From contig DASCPX010000008.1 in NCBI GenBank assembly GCA_036012755.1, positions 1 to 31,277 of the forward strand: DNA of 31,277 nt, read 5' to 3'. A program made the translations under genes and the position numbers. Positions 8,361-16,752 of this stretch are shown here, in pieces (the first letter of the stretch is position 1; the number at the start of each line of letters is the position of its first letter). The notes under the pieces were generated by a model. The model was not told where the DNA came from. It was given only the letters and a program-made list of their open reading frames with translations, and did not search any database. Source of the DNA: Myxococcota bacterium (lineage in GTDB: Bacteria; Myxococcota_A; UBA796; CAJQPC01).

Positions 8361-9388
8361 CACGCAACAGGATCCTGGCGGGCATGCGCCTGGGGCGGCC
8401 CGAGACCGGACCGACGCAGGTGCACATCGACATCACCAACAGCTGCAACGCCGCCTGCGTGACCTGCTGGGACCACAGTCCGCTGCTCGGGACCCCCCGC
8501 TCGGCGGACTGGAAGCGCCGACGCATGCCCGCCGATGTCTTCGAAGACCTCCTCGCCCAGCTCGAGGCGATGGGCTCCGTGGACGCCGTCGTCATCAGCG
8601 GCATGGGCGAACCCCTCACCCACCCCCACGTCTACGAGATGCTGGCGGCGGTCAAGCGCCGCGGATGGCACCTGACCGTGCTCAGCAACCTCCTCGCCGC
8701 CGACCTCGAGACCCTCGTCGGGCTCGGCGTGGACAACCTCCTCGTCGGCGTCCACGGCGCCACGCCCCAGACCTACGCCAGCTTCCACCCGGGCTGGACC
8801 GAAGAGCACTTCAGCCGGCTCTGCCGCAGCCTCCGGCGCCTGACCCGGGCGGGGGTCCAGACTCGCCACGTCCAGGTCATCAACCGACACACCGCCGACG
8901 AGGTCGTCGAGATGGTGCGCTTCGGCCGGCTCTTTCGAGCACAGCGCGTCAACTTCAAGCTCGCGGCCCTGGCCGACGGCACCGAGACCAGCCGGACCAC
9001 TCCGGAGCAGCTGTTGTGGCTCCAGGACGAGGGCATCCCCGAGGCCCGGGAGCTGGCCGTGCAGCTCGACGTGAACACCAACCTCGAGCTCTTCGAGGCC
9101 CAGGTCGCCGCGGCGGCACGAGCGGAGGCTACGACCACGCCCATCGGCGATGTCGGCTGCTGGATGGGCTTCGTCTACACCCGCATCACGGTGGACCAGG
9201 AGGTCCTCTACTGTTGCAACACGAACGTGCGGGTCGGGAGCTTGCAGCAGGCATCGCTCTCCGAGCTCTGGGGAGGCGCGCGGTGGCAGAAGCTGCGTGA
9301 GAGCCTGGCGGCTGGGCACTTCTTCAGGGGCTGCGAGGCCTGCGGCAAGTTCGAGCAGAACAAGAAGTGGGCGGCCCGCCTTGTCTGA
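8357..9388 (+). CDS. Radical SAM protein with Twitch/SPASM-type auxiliary domain
   Basis: GTGA overlap; CNAACVTC (CxxxCxxC), SGMGEPL; C-terminal C-x17-CC...CEAC. Confidence 0.9.
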   Translation: MTRNRILAGMRLGRPETGPTQVHIDITNSCNAACVTCWDHSPLLGTPRSADWKRRRMPADVFEDLLAQLEAMGSVDAVVISGMGEPLTHPHVYEMLAAVKRRGWHLTVLSNLLAADLETLVGLGVDNLLVGVHGATPQTYASFHPGWTEEHFSRLCRSLRRLTRAGVQTRHVQVINRHTADEVVEMVRFGRLFRAQRVNFKLAALADGTETSRTTPEQLLWLQDEGIPEARELAVQLDVNTNLELFEAQVAAAARAEATTTPIGDVGCWMGFVYTRITVDQEVLYCCNTNVRVGSLQQASLSELWGGARWQKLRESLAAGHFFRGCEACGKFEQNKKWAARLV

Positions 9389-10193
9389 GCCGAGGCCAAC
9401 GGTCGAGTGGCAGGTCGCCGGGGCCTGCAACCATGACTGCAGCTATTGCATACAGTCTTCGAAGTACCGGAGGGGGCGACCGGAGCGCAGCGAACTCGAG
9501 CGCGCGCTCGCCGTGTTCGGGTCCTTGCCGGGGCGCTGGGAGATCAAGTGCAGCGGCGGCGAGGCCTTCGCCCACCCCCTGTTCCTACAGTTTGCGGTCC
9601 CCGGACTCATGGAGACCGACCACGACATCTCGGTGCTCACCAACTTCTCTGCATCCCACACAGACTTGATGCGCTTTGCGGCGCTCACCCGGGGGCGGCT
9701 GAAGGTCTTCAGCGCCTCTCTGCACCTGGAGTTCACGACCCTTCGAGCCTTCGCGGACAAGGCCGCGTGGTTCGTGGCCCAGCTGGATCCAGAGGTCGAC
9801 TTCGTGGTGAACCAGGTCGTGCTCCCGAGCCGCCTGGATGAAGCCCGCCGCTGCCGAGACGAGCTCGAGGATCGCGGCCTGCGCTGGTTCGCCCAGTGGC
9901 TGAAGGTCCGCGGCCACCCCGTCGACTACGACGGCGACATCGAGGCCCTCGTCGGCTCTCGCCCGGCCAACCGAAGCCCCAGCTTCCGGGGACGCCCATG
10001 CTTCGCGGGCGCGCTCTACTTCACCGTCGACGCGGACGGGAGTGCCTGGTCCTGCCGCACCGCCAAGCGCCGCGACGAGGGCCGCATGGGCAACCTCCTG
10101 CATGGCTCGGTGGCGCTCGGATCCGGAGCCTCGCCCTGTCCCTACGACATCTGTCCATGCACCGTCCCCGTCAATCGAGGCATGGTCCAGTGA
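9381..10193 (+). CDS. Radical SAM protein (paralog A)
   Basis: TTG start overlapping the previous stop by 8 nt; CNHDCSYC, SGGEAF, LTNFS; C-terminal C-x17-C...CPYDICPC. Confidence 0.88.
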   Translation: MSEPRPTVEWQVAGACNHDCSYCIQSSKYRRGRPERSELERALAVFGSLPGRWEIKCSGGEAFAHPLFLQFAVPGLMETDHDISVLTNFSASHTDLMRFAALTRGRLKVFSASLHLEFTTLRAFADKAAWFVAQLDPEVDFVVNQVVLPSRLDEARRCRDELEDRGLRWFAQWLKVRGHPVDYDGDIEALVGSRPANRSPSFRGRPCFAGALYFTVDADGSAWSCRTAKRRDEGRMGNLLHGSVALGSGASPCPYDICPCTVPVNRGMVQ

Positions 10194-11017
10194 GCCCCCG
10201 GTACCCCCTCGAGGGCGTGGTGTCCTGGAACATGAACACCACCTGCGACTACCGCTGCAGCTACTGCACGCAGCGCTTCGCAGACGACCGCAAGCAGTGG
10301 GCGCGCGATCTTCCTCGCTTCATGAAGGCCTTCGCTGCCCTGCCGGGGGACTGGGAGATCAAGCTCTCCGGGGGCGAACCCTTCCGCCACCCGGACTTCC
10401 TCGGCGCCGTGGCCGCGCTGATCGACGGCGGCCTGCGGGTGTCCGTGGTCACCAACCTCAGCGCCTCGGACGAAGTGCTCGCCGAGTACGCCTCGATCGT
10501 GAACGAGCGGCCCGGCGTCTTCAGCGCCTCCCTCCACCTCGAGCACAGCTCGGCCGAGGACTTCTTCTCCAAGCTCGCGACCTTCGAGGCCCGGTATGCG
10601 GGCGGGATCTCGGCCACGATCGTCGCCACGCGCTCGAACATGGAGCTCGTCGACACCCTGCGCGAGCGCTGGCCGGCGCTGAAGGTCCAGCCCGAGAAGC
10701 AGGACCGCCAGGTCATCTCGTATGAGCCGGAGGAGCGGGACAGGCTGCAGAGCTGGGGCGGTCACAACGGCACGGGATGGATCGACCCGGACTTCTCGGG
10801 ACGACCCTGCTGGGCGGGCGCCCGCTACTTCATCGTGGACCACAAAGGCGACGCCTACCGGTGCTACCCGGCGCGACGCCTCCGCGCGGAGTCCATGGGC
10901 AACCTGCTCGACGGTAGCTTCCAGATCGCACTGGGAGCTAGTGTCTGTGCGTACGACTACTGCAACTGCACCGTGCCGCAACAGCGCGGCATGGTGAGCA
11001 TCTCTCGGAGGGCCTGA
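10190..11017 (+). CDS. Radical SAM protein (paralog B)
   Basis: GTGA overlap; CDYRCSYC, SGGEPF, VTNLS; C-terminal C-x17-C...CAYDYCNC. Confidence 0.9.
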   Translation: MSPRYPLEGVVSWNMNTTCDYRCSYCTQRFADDRKQWARDLPRFMKAFAALPGDWEIKLSGGEPFRHPDFLGAVAALIDGGLRVSVVTNLSASDEVLAEYASIVNERPGVFSASLHLEHSSAEDFFSKLATFEARYAGGISATIVATRSNMELVDTLRERWPALKVQPEKQDRQVISYEPEERDRLQSWGGHNGTGWIDPDFSGRPCWAGARYFIVDHKGDAYRCYPARRLRAESMGNLLDGSFQIALGASVCAYDYCNCTVPQQRGMVSISRRA

Positions 11018-11496
11018 TGGGACTGGCCGGAAACATGAAACTCAGCACGTTCATCACCGCGCTCGCATGCACGGGTGTCATCGGAGGTGTGCTCGCCTAC
11101 GTCTTCTGGCCCGATCCGGAGCCAGCGCCGGAGCCGACCCCGCACGTGGCCACCACCCACACAGAGGTCCCCCAACCGGAAGTGGTGCCGACCCTGCCCG
11201 ATCCCGTCCCTGCGGGCTCGGACCTCGACGCCGAGCTCCTGTCATGGGCAGGCAGGGACCTCGGCGGCGCCTCGAAGAAGAAGGACGTCAGCTCGGGCAA
11301 GCCCTACAAGATCAACGTCTACCAGGACGACACCTTCTCCACCGCCAACCGCGCGAAGGTCGACCTCGACCGAGACGACAAGTGGGACATCAAGATCACC
11401 TACGGCGACGTCATCAGCCGCAAGGTGTCCTCCGCCGACGACGAGGACTACGACGTCGAAGAGGTCTGGAACGGCGAGGCCTGGGTCAGCCCCTGA
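11017..11496 (+). CDS. Membrane-anchored hypothetical protein with Pro-rich linker and Asp-rich domain
   Basis: TGATG overlap (alternative start 11035); one TM helix, PDPEPAPEPTP linker, DLDRDDKWD and SADDEDYD motifs. Confidence 0.8.
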   Translation: MGLAGNMKLSTFITALACTGVIGGVLAYVFWPDPEPAPEPTPHVATTHTEVPQPEVVPTLPDPVPAGSDLDAELLSWAGRDLGGASKKKDVSSGKPYKINVYQDDTFSTANRAKVDLDRDDKWDIKITYGDVISRKVSSADDEDYDVEEVWNGEAWVSP

Positions 11497-11506
11497 GCAG
11501 GCGAAC

Positions 11507-12535
11507 TCAGAAACCCCGCTGGCGACGGTACTTGCGCCGCTTTTGGCCCTCCTTGGTGCGCGCCCGCTTTCGCTGTCGTCGCTGTTCGTACTGCAGCTCG
11601 CGTTCGAGCTTCATGAAGCTCTCGACCCGAGCGAGCTCGATGCGTCCCTGGGCGATGGCCTCGGCGACTGCACAGTCAGGCTCGCCCTCGTGCTGGCAGT
11701 CCCGGAAGCGACAGGAGGCGACGAGCTCGCTCACGTCCTCGAAGGCGCCTTGCAGATCGGCCTCGTCGAGCCCGAGCTCCCGCATACCGGGGGTGTCGAC
11801 GAGGGCGCCGCCCCCTGGAAGAGGCAGGAGTCGGCGGGCCGTCGTCGTGTGGCGACCCCGAGCGTCGTGCTCCCGGATCTCGCCGATGTCCTGAGCGGGT
11901 TCTCCGAGCAGGGCGTTCACCAGCGTGGACTTGCCGACCCCAGATGAGCCGACGACAGCGACAGTGCGACCTCCTCCGAGCCAGGGCGCGAGCCCATCGA
12001 GGCCCCAGCCCTTCAGGGCAGACAGCGCGACGACGTGCTCGCCGGGGACGAGCTCGGACAGGCCGCTCCGGTCCTCGACGAGGTCGGCCTTGGTGAGGAC
12101 CACTACAGCCTCGGCGCCGCCAGCGCGAACGACCGCGAGGTAGCGCTCCAGGCGTCGCACGTTGAAGTCGCGGTTCAGCGAGGTCGCCACGAAGACGGTG
12201 TCGACGTTGGCGGCCACGACCTGGCCGGTGGAGTGGGTCCACACCGTCTTTCGGACGAAGCGGGTTCGGCGTGGGAGGACCGCCTCGACAGACGCCGGGA
12301 CAGCGTGGGTCGGCGTCGCACGGAGAGCGACCCAGTCCCCGACGGCACAGCGGGCGAGGTCTCCAGCCTCCGCGAGGGGGAGGGTGGCGCGAAGGCAGGC
12401 ATGAGCACACTGGACCTCCACCTGCGCGCGATGCTCGGCGAGCACGCGACCGGGGAAGGTCTCAGGTAGGTTCAAGTCATTGAAAACGGTAGAGAAGACA
12501 GAGTCCCAGCCAAGCTGGGTGAGATCGAAGATCAA
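11507..12535 (-). CDS. rsgA: Ribosome small subunit-dependent GTPase A
   Basis: Circularly permuted GTPase motifs TKAD, GSSGVGKST, GRHTTT, DTPG; Zn finger CRFRDCQHEGEPDC; OB-fold AVGDWV. Confidence 0.95.
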   Translation of the reverse strand: MIFDLTQLGWDSVFSTVFNDLNLPETFPGRVLAEHRAQVEVQCAHACLRATLPLAEAGDLARCAVGDWVALRATPTHAVPASVEAVLPRRTRFVRKTVWTHSTGQVVAANVDTVFVATSLNRDFNVRRLERYLAVVRAGGAEAVVVLTKADLVEDRSGLSELVPGEHVVALSALKGWGLDGLAPWLGGGRTVAVVGSSGVGKSTLVNALLGEPAQDIGEIREHDARGRHTTTARRLLPLPGGGALVDTPGMRELGLDEADLQGAFEDVSELVASCRFRDCQHEGEPDCAVAEAIAQGRIELARVESFMKLERELQYEQRRQRKRARTKEGQKRRKYRRQRGF

Positions 12536-12601
12536 GGTACTGGCTCGATTCGGGAGTTGGGGATCGAACGCGGGGGGCGACTGCCGCGTGTTCCGCCGGA
12601 C

Positions 12602-12643
12602 TCAGCCCGTACGGAGGAGACGCCCGATGCATGCAGTGGTCAT
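12602..12643 (-). CDS. Putative leader peptide MTTACIGRLLRTG upstream of rsgA
   Basis: GAGGAGG (12648-12654), 4 nt, ATG, 13 codons, TGA; ends 66 nt before the rsgA TTG start. Confidence 0.55.
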   Translation of the reverse strand: MTTACIGRLLRTG

Positions 12644-12702
12644 CAAGCCTCCTCGGTTGCGGGTTCCGCCTCAGGGTAGACGCCGCCGAAACCGCCGGCA
12701 AG

Positions 12703-13650
12703 TCAGCCCGCGGATGCCTCGCAGATCGAGCGGTAGGGCTCCCCCTCGCTCGCCGAGCACAGGCATGGGTAGTCGTTCCAGCAGCCACCAGCGGCCCAGC
12801 CGATCACGGCACAGTCCTCTTCCCTGCTCGTCGACACGCACTCCAGCCCGTGGCTGTTGTTCGGCTCGCCCGAGCACCAGTTCGTGTAGCCCCACGCCGT
12901 GCCGTCGTTCCACTCCCAGGTCCCCTCGGTGGTCTGGTCGTTGCCTCCCACCCACCAGTAGCTGGAGGCATAGGTCAGCGCCGTGGTGTAGAGCCAGCTG
13001 TCCTCGTCCGCGTCGTCGGCGCTGGCGAGCTCGTAGCCGTAGAGCTCGCAGAAGGTCTGTGCCGTATACCAGTTCGAACCCGTCGTACAGAACAGGTAGG
13101 TCTCGTCTTCGTAGAACTCCATGTTGCAGGGGCATGGCGCCCCGTCGTCGACGACGCCGTCACAGTCCTGATCGGCACCGTCACAGTCCTCTGTGTTGCC
13201 AGGGTAGACGCTGGCGTCCGTGTCGTCGCAGTCCCCGCTCGTGGCAGCGTATCCGGACGGTTCGGCGCAGTCTTCCACGGTCGAGTCCTCGACGCCGACC
13301 CCGTCCCCATCGGAGTCCTCGTACCAGGTCGAGGACGCGACACCCTCGTCGATGGACCCATTACAGTTCTCGTCCACGTCGTCACAGGTCTCTGTGGCGC
13401 CGGGATACACACCGTCGTCGACGTCGTCGCAGTCCGTGCAGTCCTCGACGTAGTTGTTGGGGGCTTCGCAGGACTCCGTGGAGCGCTCGGGATCCCCGAA
13501 CCCGTCGTGGTCGATGTCCACACAGAAGGTGCGCTCGAGGCAGCTGTCCACGGGCTTCGAGTCCAGCGGAGACGACTCTGAGACCTGCGAGTCCGCGTCG
13601 GAGCCCGGGGTCTCGGGGAGCTTCGTACAGGCGAGCAGCACCAGGAACAC
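12703..13650 (-). CDS. Lipoprotein with DCDD (MopE-related/putative metal-binding) repeats and C-terminal C-type lectin domain
   Basis: MFLVLLA-C; two DCDD..VYPG..E.CD..D..C.G..D repeats; WVGGND..EG.W.W, EPNN, EDC, WND. Confidence 0.88.
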   Translation of the reverse strand: MFLVLLACTKLPETPGSDADSQVSESSPLDSKPVDSCLERTFCVDIDHDGFGDPERSTESCEAPNNYVEDCTDCDDVDDGVYPGATETCDDVDENCNGSIDEGVASSTWYEDSDGDGVGVEDSTVEDCAEPSGYAATSGDCDDTDASVYPGNTEDCDGADQDCDGVVDDGAPCPCNMEFYEDETYLFCTTGSNWYTAQTFCELYGYELASADDADEDSWLYTTALTYASSYWWVGGNDQTTEGTWEWNDGTAWGYTNWCSGEPNNSHGLECVSTSREEDCAVIGWAAGGCWNDYPCLCSASEGEPYRSICEASAG

Positions 13651-13659
13651 CTCCGGAGT

Positions 13660-14358
13660 CTACCCTGCCGGCGCACCGAGGCGAGCCGTAGTGAGCGCCG
13701 CGAGGGCTCCTGTCTGAAGCTCGGTCACGTCACCGTGGGCCGGGACGAGCAGCGCGGGGGCATCTGTGGCCAGCCGCTCGTGCAGCCAGTCCCGATACGC
13801 GCGGCGGTCGTCGAGCGCATACCACTTGAAGCTGTTTCCGATGCAGAGCCCAGGCGAGTAGCGCAGCGCCCAGAACATCAGGCCCAGGAACGTGTTCGGC
13901 GTGCGCGGCACATAGGAGAACGCGTCGCCGACCACCCAGGCGAGCCCACGGGAGGTCTGTATCGACAGCCAGACCTCTCCGGTCCGGGAGCCTGGAATGG
14001 ACAGGGCCCGCGCATGCGGCGGGAGGCGCTCGGCGAGGAACTCGACGGTCCTGGTCTCCAGGCCGGTGAGCCGGGCCACCCGCGGGCTCCGGGCGACCAC
14101 CTCGGCCCCATGGCGCTCTGAGAAGCTGGGCAACCCGAGGTTGTGGAAGTGGTTCGGCGCGAGCAACACAGAGACCCCTCCCCGCTCCTCGAGCCAGCCG
14201 TGGCCCTCCTCCGCCGTCCCGCGGATGGGGCTCACGACACAGAAGGTGCCGTCGGCGAGCCGGAGCGCAGTCGCCCGGAGGACGCACACATCGTCCTCCA
14301 GGCGCTGGCAGTCGTAGAGTCCAGCCTGCTCGTCGATGACCGTCCACGCTCCGCTCAT
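13660..14358 (-). CDS. Metallo-beta-lactamase-fold-like hypothetical protein (DUF4336-like)
   Basis: LRLADG..VVSP, LLAPNHFHNLGL, VGDAF, LVPAHG. Confidence 0.65.
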   Translation of the reverse strand: MSGAWTVIDEQAGLYDCQRLEDDVCVLRATALRLADGTFCVVSPIRGTAEEGHGWLEERGGVSVLLAPNHFHNLGLPSFSERHGAEVVARSPRVARLTGLETRTVEFLAERLPPHARALSIPGSRTGEVWLSIQTSRGLAWVVGDAFSYVPRTPNTFLGLMFWALRYSPGLCIGNSFKWYALDDRRAYRDWLHERLATDAPALLVPAHGDVTELQTGALAALTTARLGAPAG

Positions 14359-14367
14359 CCGCCGATT

Positions 14368-15045
14368 CTAGCACTCGTCCAGATCTTCCTCGTGGCGCTC
14401 GTCCTCGTCGTCGGTGAGCTCGGGCAGGGACAGCTCCACGTCCTCGGTGATCGGGTGGCAGCCATCGTGGGCGACGGTCACGAGCGCCCCGTCGTCGCCG
14501 CCGACCCCGTAGGCCTCGATGGCGATGTCACCGCTCATCTCGAGGGCACAGGCCCAGAGCCCGGCCTCGTACTCGATGCAGAGCTCCCAGAACTCCGGCT
14601 GCATGTCGCCGTTGGGGAAGGACCAGTAGACCTCTGCGGTCTCGACGTCGCCCAGGATGGTGGTCATGACCGCGGGCACCTCTTCGGTGGTGCAGGCCTG
14701 CTCCTCGAGCTGGAGCTCGACGAACTCCGTGTCCACCGTGCAGTCGTCCTCGCTCGCGCTGACGGTGAACTCGACGCTGCCGCTCTCGAAGCCCTCGGCC
14801 TCGGCGACGACCGTAAAGTCGCCGCCCTGCTCCCAGGCACACTCGTAGCGGTTGTCCTGCTCGAAGCTGACCTCGCAAGACTGGAAGTCGACTCCGTCGA
14901 GGGAGTACTGAACCAGCGTGATGCCCTCGACGGGCTCTCCGTCGACATCCACGATGTCCACGACAGCGGACAGCGAGACGATGTCGGGGCAGAACTCATT
15001 GATGGGGTTCTCTTCGAAACAAGCAAAAAGGGAAAGGAAGATCAT
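14368..15045 (-). CDS. Acidic Cys-containing lipoprotein with two tandem beta-rich repeats
   Basis: MIFLSLFA-C at 15045; VDVDGEPVEG and VVAEAEGFES resemble carboxypeptidase-regulatory-like domains; paralogous to 16753-17382. Confidence 0.75.
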   Translation of the reverse strand: MIFLSLFACFEENPINEFCPDIVSLSAVVDIVDVDGEPVEGITLVQYSLDGVDFQSCEVSFEQDNRYECAWEQGGDFTVVAEAEGFESGSVEFTVSASEDDCTVDTEFVELQLEEQACTTEEVPAVMTTILGDVETAEVYWSFPNGDMQPEFWELCIEYEAGLWACALEMSGDIAIEAYGVGGDDGALVTVAHDGCHPITEDVELSLPELTDDEDERHEEDLDEC

Positions 15046-15157
15046 GACGGGCCTCGGGCCCTGCACCACGACCTTCCTCAGCAAGATGCGGGCCACCCCT
15101 CGCGGATCCGCACAAAACCACGACCTCCTGACCTTGACCTGTGCAGGATCGCGACAT

Positions 15158-15772
15158 CTATGTCAGGACTTCCCCGAGCCAACGGCGCAGGGCTTCGATC
15201 TCCTCCAGGCAGACCTCGTGCCCCATCGGCCAAGAGCCCCAGGTCACCTCGCGGCCCGCTGTGGACAGAGCCTCCGCGGCCTCCCTGCCCTTGTGGATCG
15301 GCACGACCTCGTCGAGCTCACCGTGTCCGAAGAAGATGGGCGTAGCCGCGTTGTCGCGGTGCACGACGCTGCCCTCGAGCCGGTATGCACTCAGCACGAC
15401 GATGCCCGCCAGGGCACGCTCCATCGCGAGGCCCGTGTGGAGAGCCATGGCGCCCCCCTGAGAGAACCCGACCAGGACGACCGGCACCTCCTCGGCCAGG
15501 GCCAGGCCCTCGATGTAGCGACGGGACTCCTCGATGTGCGCCGGGTCGTTGCGTCCGGGACCATGAGACAGGCTCGTGATGTCGTACCAGGCTGGCATCA
15601 CCCAGCCGCCGTTGATGGTGACAGGCCGATCCGGCGCCTGGGGCAGGACCACTCTCAGATCCGGACGCTGGAGCATCGGCAGGACGGGGACGAAGTCGTC
15701 GCAGGTGGCGCCGAGGCCATGCATCCAGACCAGGGTGCCGCGATGTTCGGCCTTGGGCTCGAAGATCCGCAC
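15158..15772 (-). CDS. Phospholipase/carboxylesterase-family alpha/beta hydrolase
   Basis: HGLG, PVTINGGWVMPAWYDI, nucleophile GFSQGG, HGELDEVVP, MGHEV. Confidence 0.93.
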   Translation of the reverse strand: MRIFEPKAEHRGTLVWMHGLGATCDDFVPVLPMLQRPDLRVVLPQAPDRPVTINGGWVMPAWYDITSLSHGPGRNDPAHIEESRRYIEGLALAEEVPVVLVGFSQGGAMALHTGLAMERALAGIVVLSAYRLEGSVVHRDNAATPIFFGHGELDEVVPIHKGREAAEALSTAGREVTWGSWPMGHEVCLEEIEALRRWLGEVLT

Positions 15773-15773
15773 C

Positions 15774-16073
15774 CTACTCGCAGTAGTACTCGAAGCCGTG
15801 GCCCGTGCAGCTCACGCTGCCAGGGATGTCCTCGTCGACTGGCAAGGTCAGGGTGCAGCTGGTGGTCTCCGACATCTCCCAGCCACGGCTCTCGGCGTAG
15901 GCGTACTGGCAGGCCGTGTCGCAGTCGACCTCGTCCCAGCTGTCCAGGCCCCAGGACTCGACGACCTGGTCGAGGTCGTCCGCCGTGAGCTCATCGTCGA
16001 CGTCGAAGTCCTCTTCAGCGGGGTCGCACCCCCAAGAAGAACAACCAGACAGGACGATCGCGGTGATGATCAT
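15774..16073 (-). CDS. Small acidic Cys-rich lipoprotein (99 aa)
   Basis: GGAGG RBS, ATGA overlap with the GST stop, MIITAIVLSG-C lipobox, 7 Cys in total. Confidence 0.7.
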   Translation of the reverse strand: MIITAIVLSGCSSWGCDPAEEDFDVDDELTADDLDQVVESWGLDSWDEVDCDTACQYAYAESRGWEMSETTSCTLTLPVDEDIPGSVSCTGHGFEYYCE

Positions 16074-16711
16074 GCTCGACCTCCAGGGGGCGGCGGCGCT
16101 GCGGATATGAAGGCCGCGTTGGCCTTCATCCGACCGAAGTATGCGACAACGTTTGGGGAACTCCGGATGAGCTCCTCGCCCTCCGGGCCGCGGGCGATGA
16201 CGAACAACAGCGGCGCCAGGAAGAGATCGGCCATCGTGAGCTGGTCGCTGACGAGGTGCTCCTGATCGAGGTTCTCCTCGAGGATCGCGATGAACCGTTC
16301 GAGCTTGGGCAGGGCCGCGTCGATGCGCTCGCGGTCAGGCGCGCCATCCTCTGTCCCAGGGAAGATGTAGCCGAAGAGGTAGCCCCTCACCGCCGGCATG
16401 TAGAGGTAGGACGTGATGGCCGAGATCCACTGGAACATCGTGGCCAGCAGGTGCGGATTCGTGGGCTGGAGCGGCCTGCCACCGAATGCCCGATCGACGT
16501 ACTGACAGATGGCGAGGGACTCGTACAGCCGCACGTCCCCGTGCTCCAGCGCCGGCACCTTCGCGAAGGGATGGAACTGCAGGTAGTCCTCGCTGTTGAG
16601 GGCTTGCGGAGGCAGCGGGCGAAGCTCGTAGTCGACCCCTTTGAACGCGAAAGCCGCGCGGACCGTCCAGACATAGCTGGACTGAGGAAAACCATGGATG
16701 ATCGGCTTCAT
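16070..16711 (-). CDS. Glutathione S-transferase family protein
   Basis: HPFAKVPAL, LYESLAICQY, LTMADLFL. Confidence 0.93.
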   Translation of the reverse strand: MKPIIHGFPQSSYVWTVRAAFAFKGVDYELRPLPPQALNSEDYLQFHPFAKVPALEHGDVRLYESLAICQYVDRAFGGRPLQPTNPHLLATMFQWISAITSYLYMPAVRGYLFGYIFPGTEDGAPDRERIDAALPKLERFIAILEENLDQEHLVSDQLTMADLFLAPLLFVIARGPEGEELIRSSPNVVAYFGRMKANAAFISAAPPPPGGRA

Positions 16712-16752
16712 GCCCGTGCCATATCGCGCCGGGCTGCCGGGTGGTCAGCGAC

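Noticed and set aside
9381..11017. Viperin-like antiviral radical SAM assignment
   Set aside because: The shared motifs (CxYxCxYC, SGGEP, VTN) are generic to many rSAMs. The viperin-type NYH/CNYxCxFCFH context is absent, and these proteins carry extra Cys-rich C-terminal domains.
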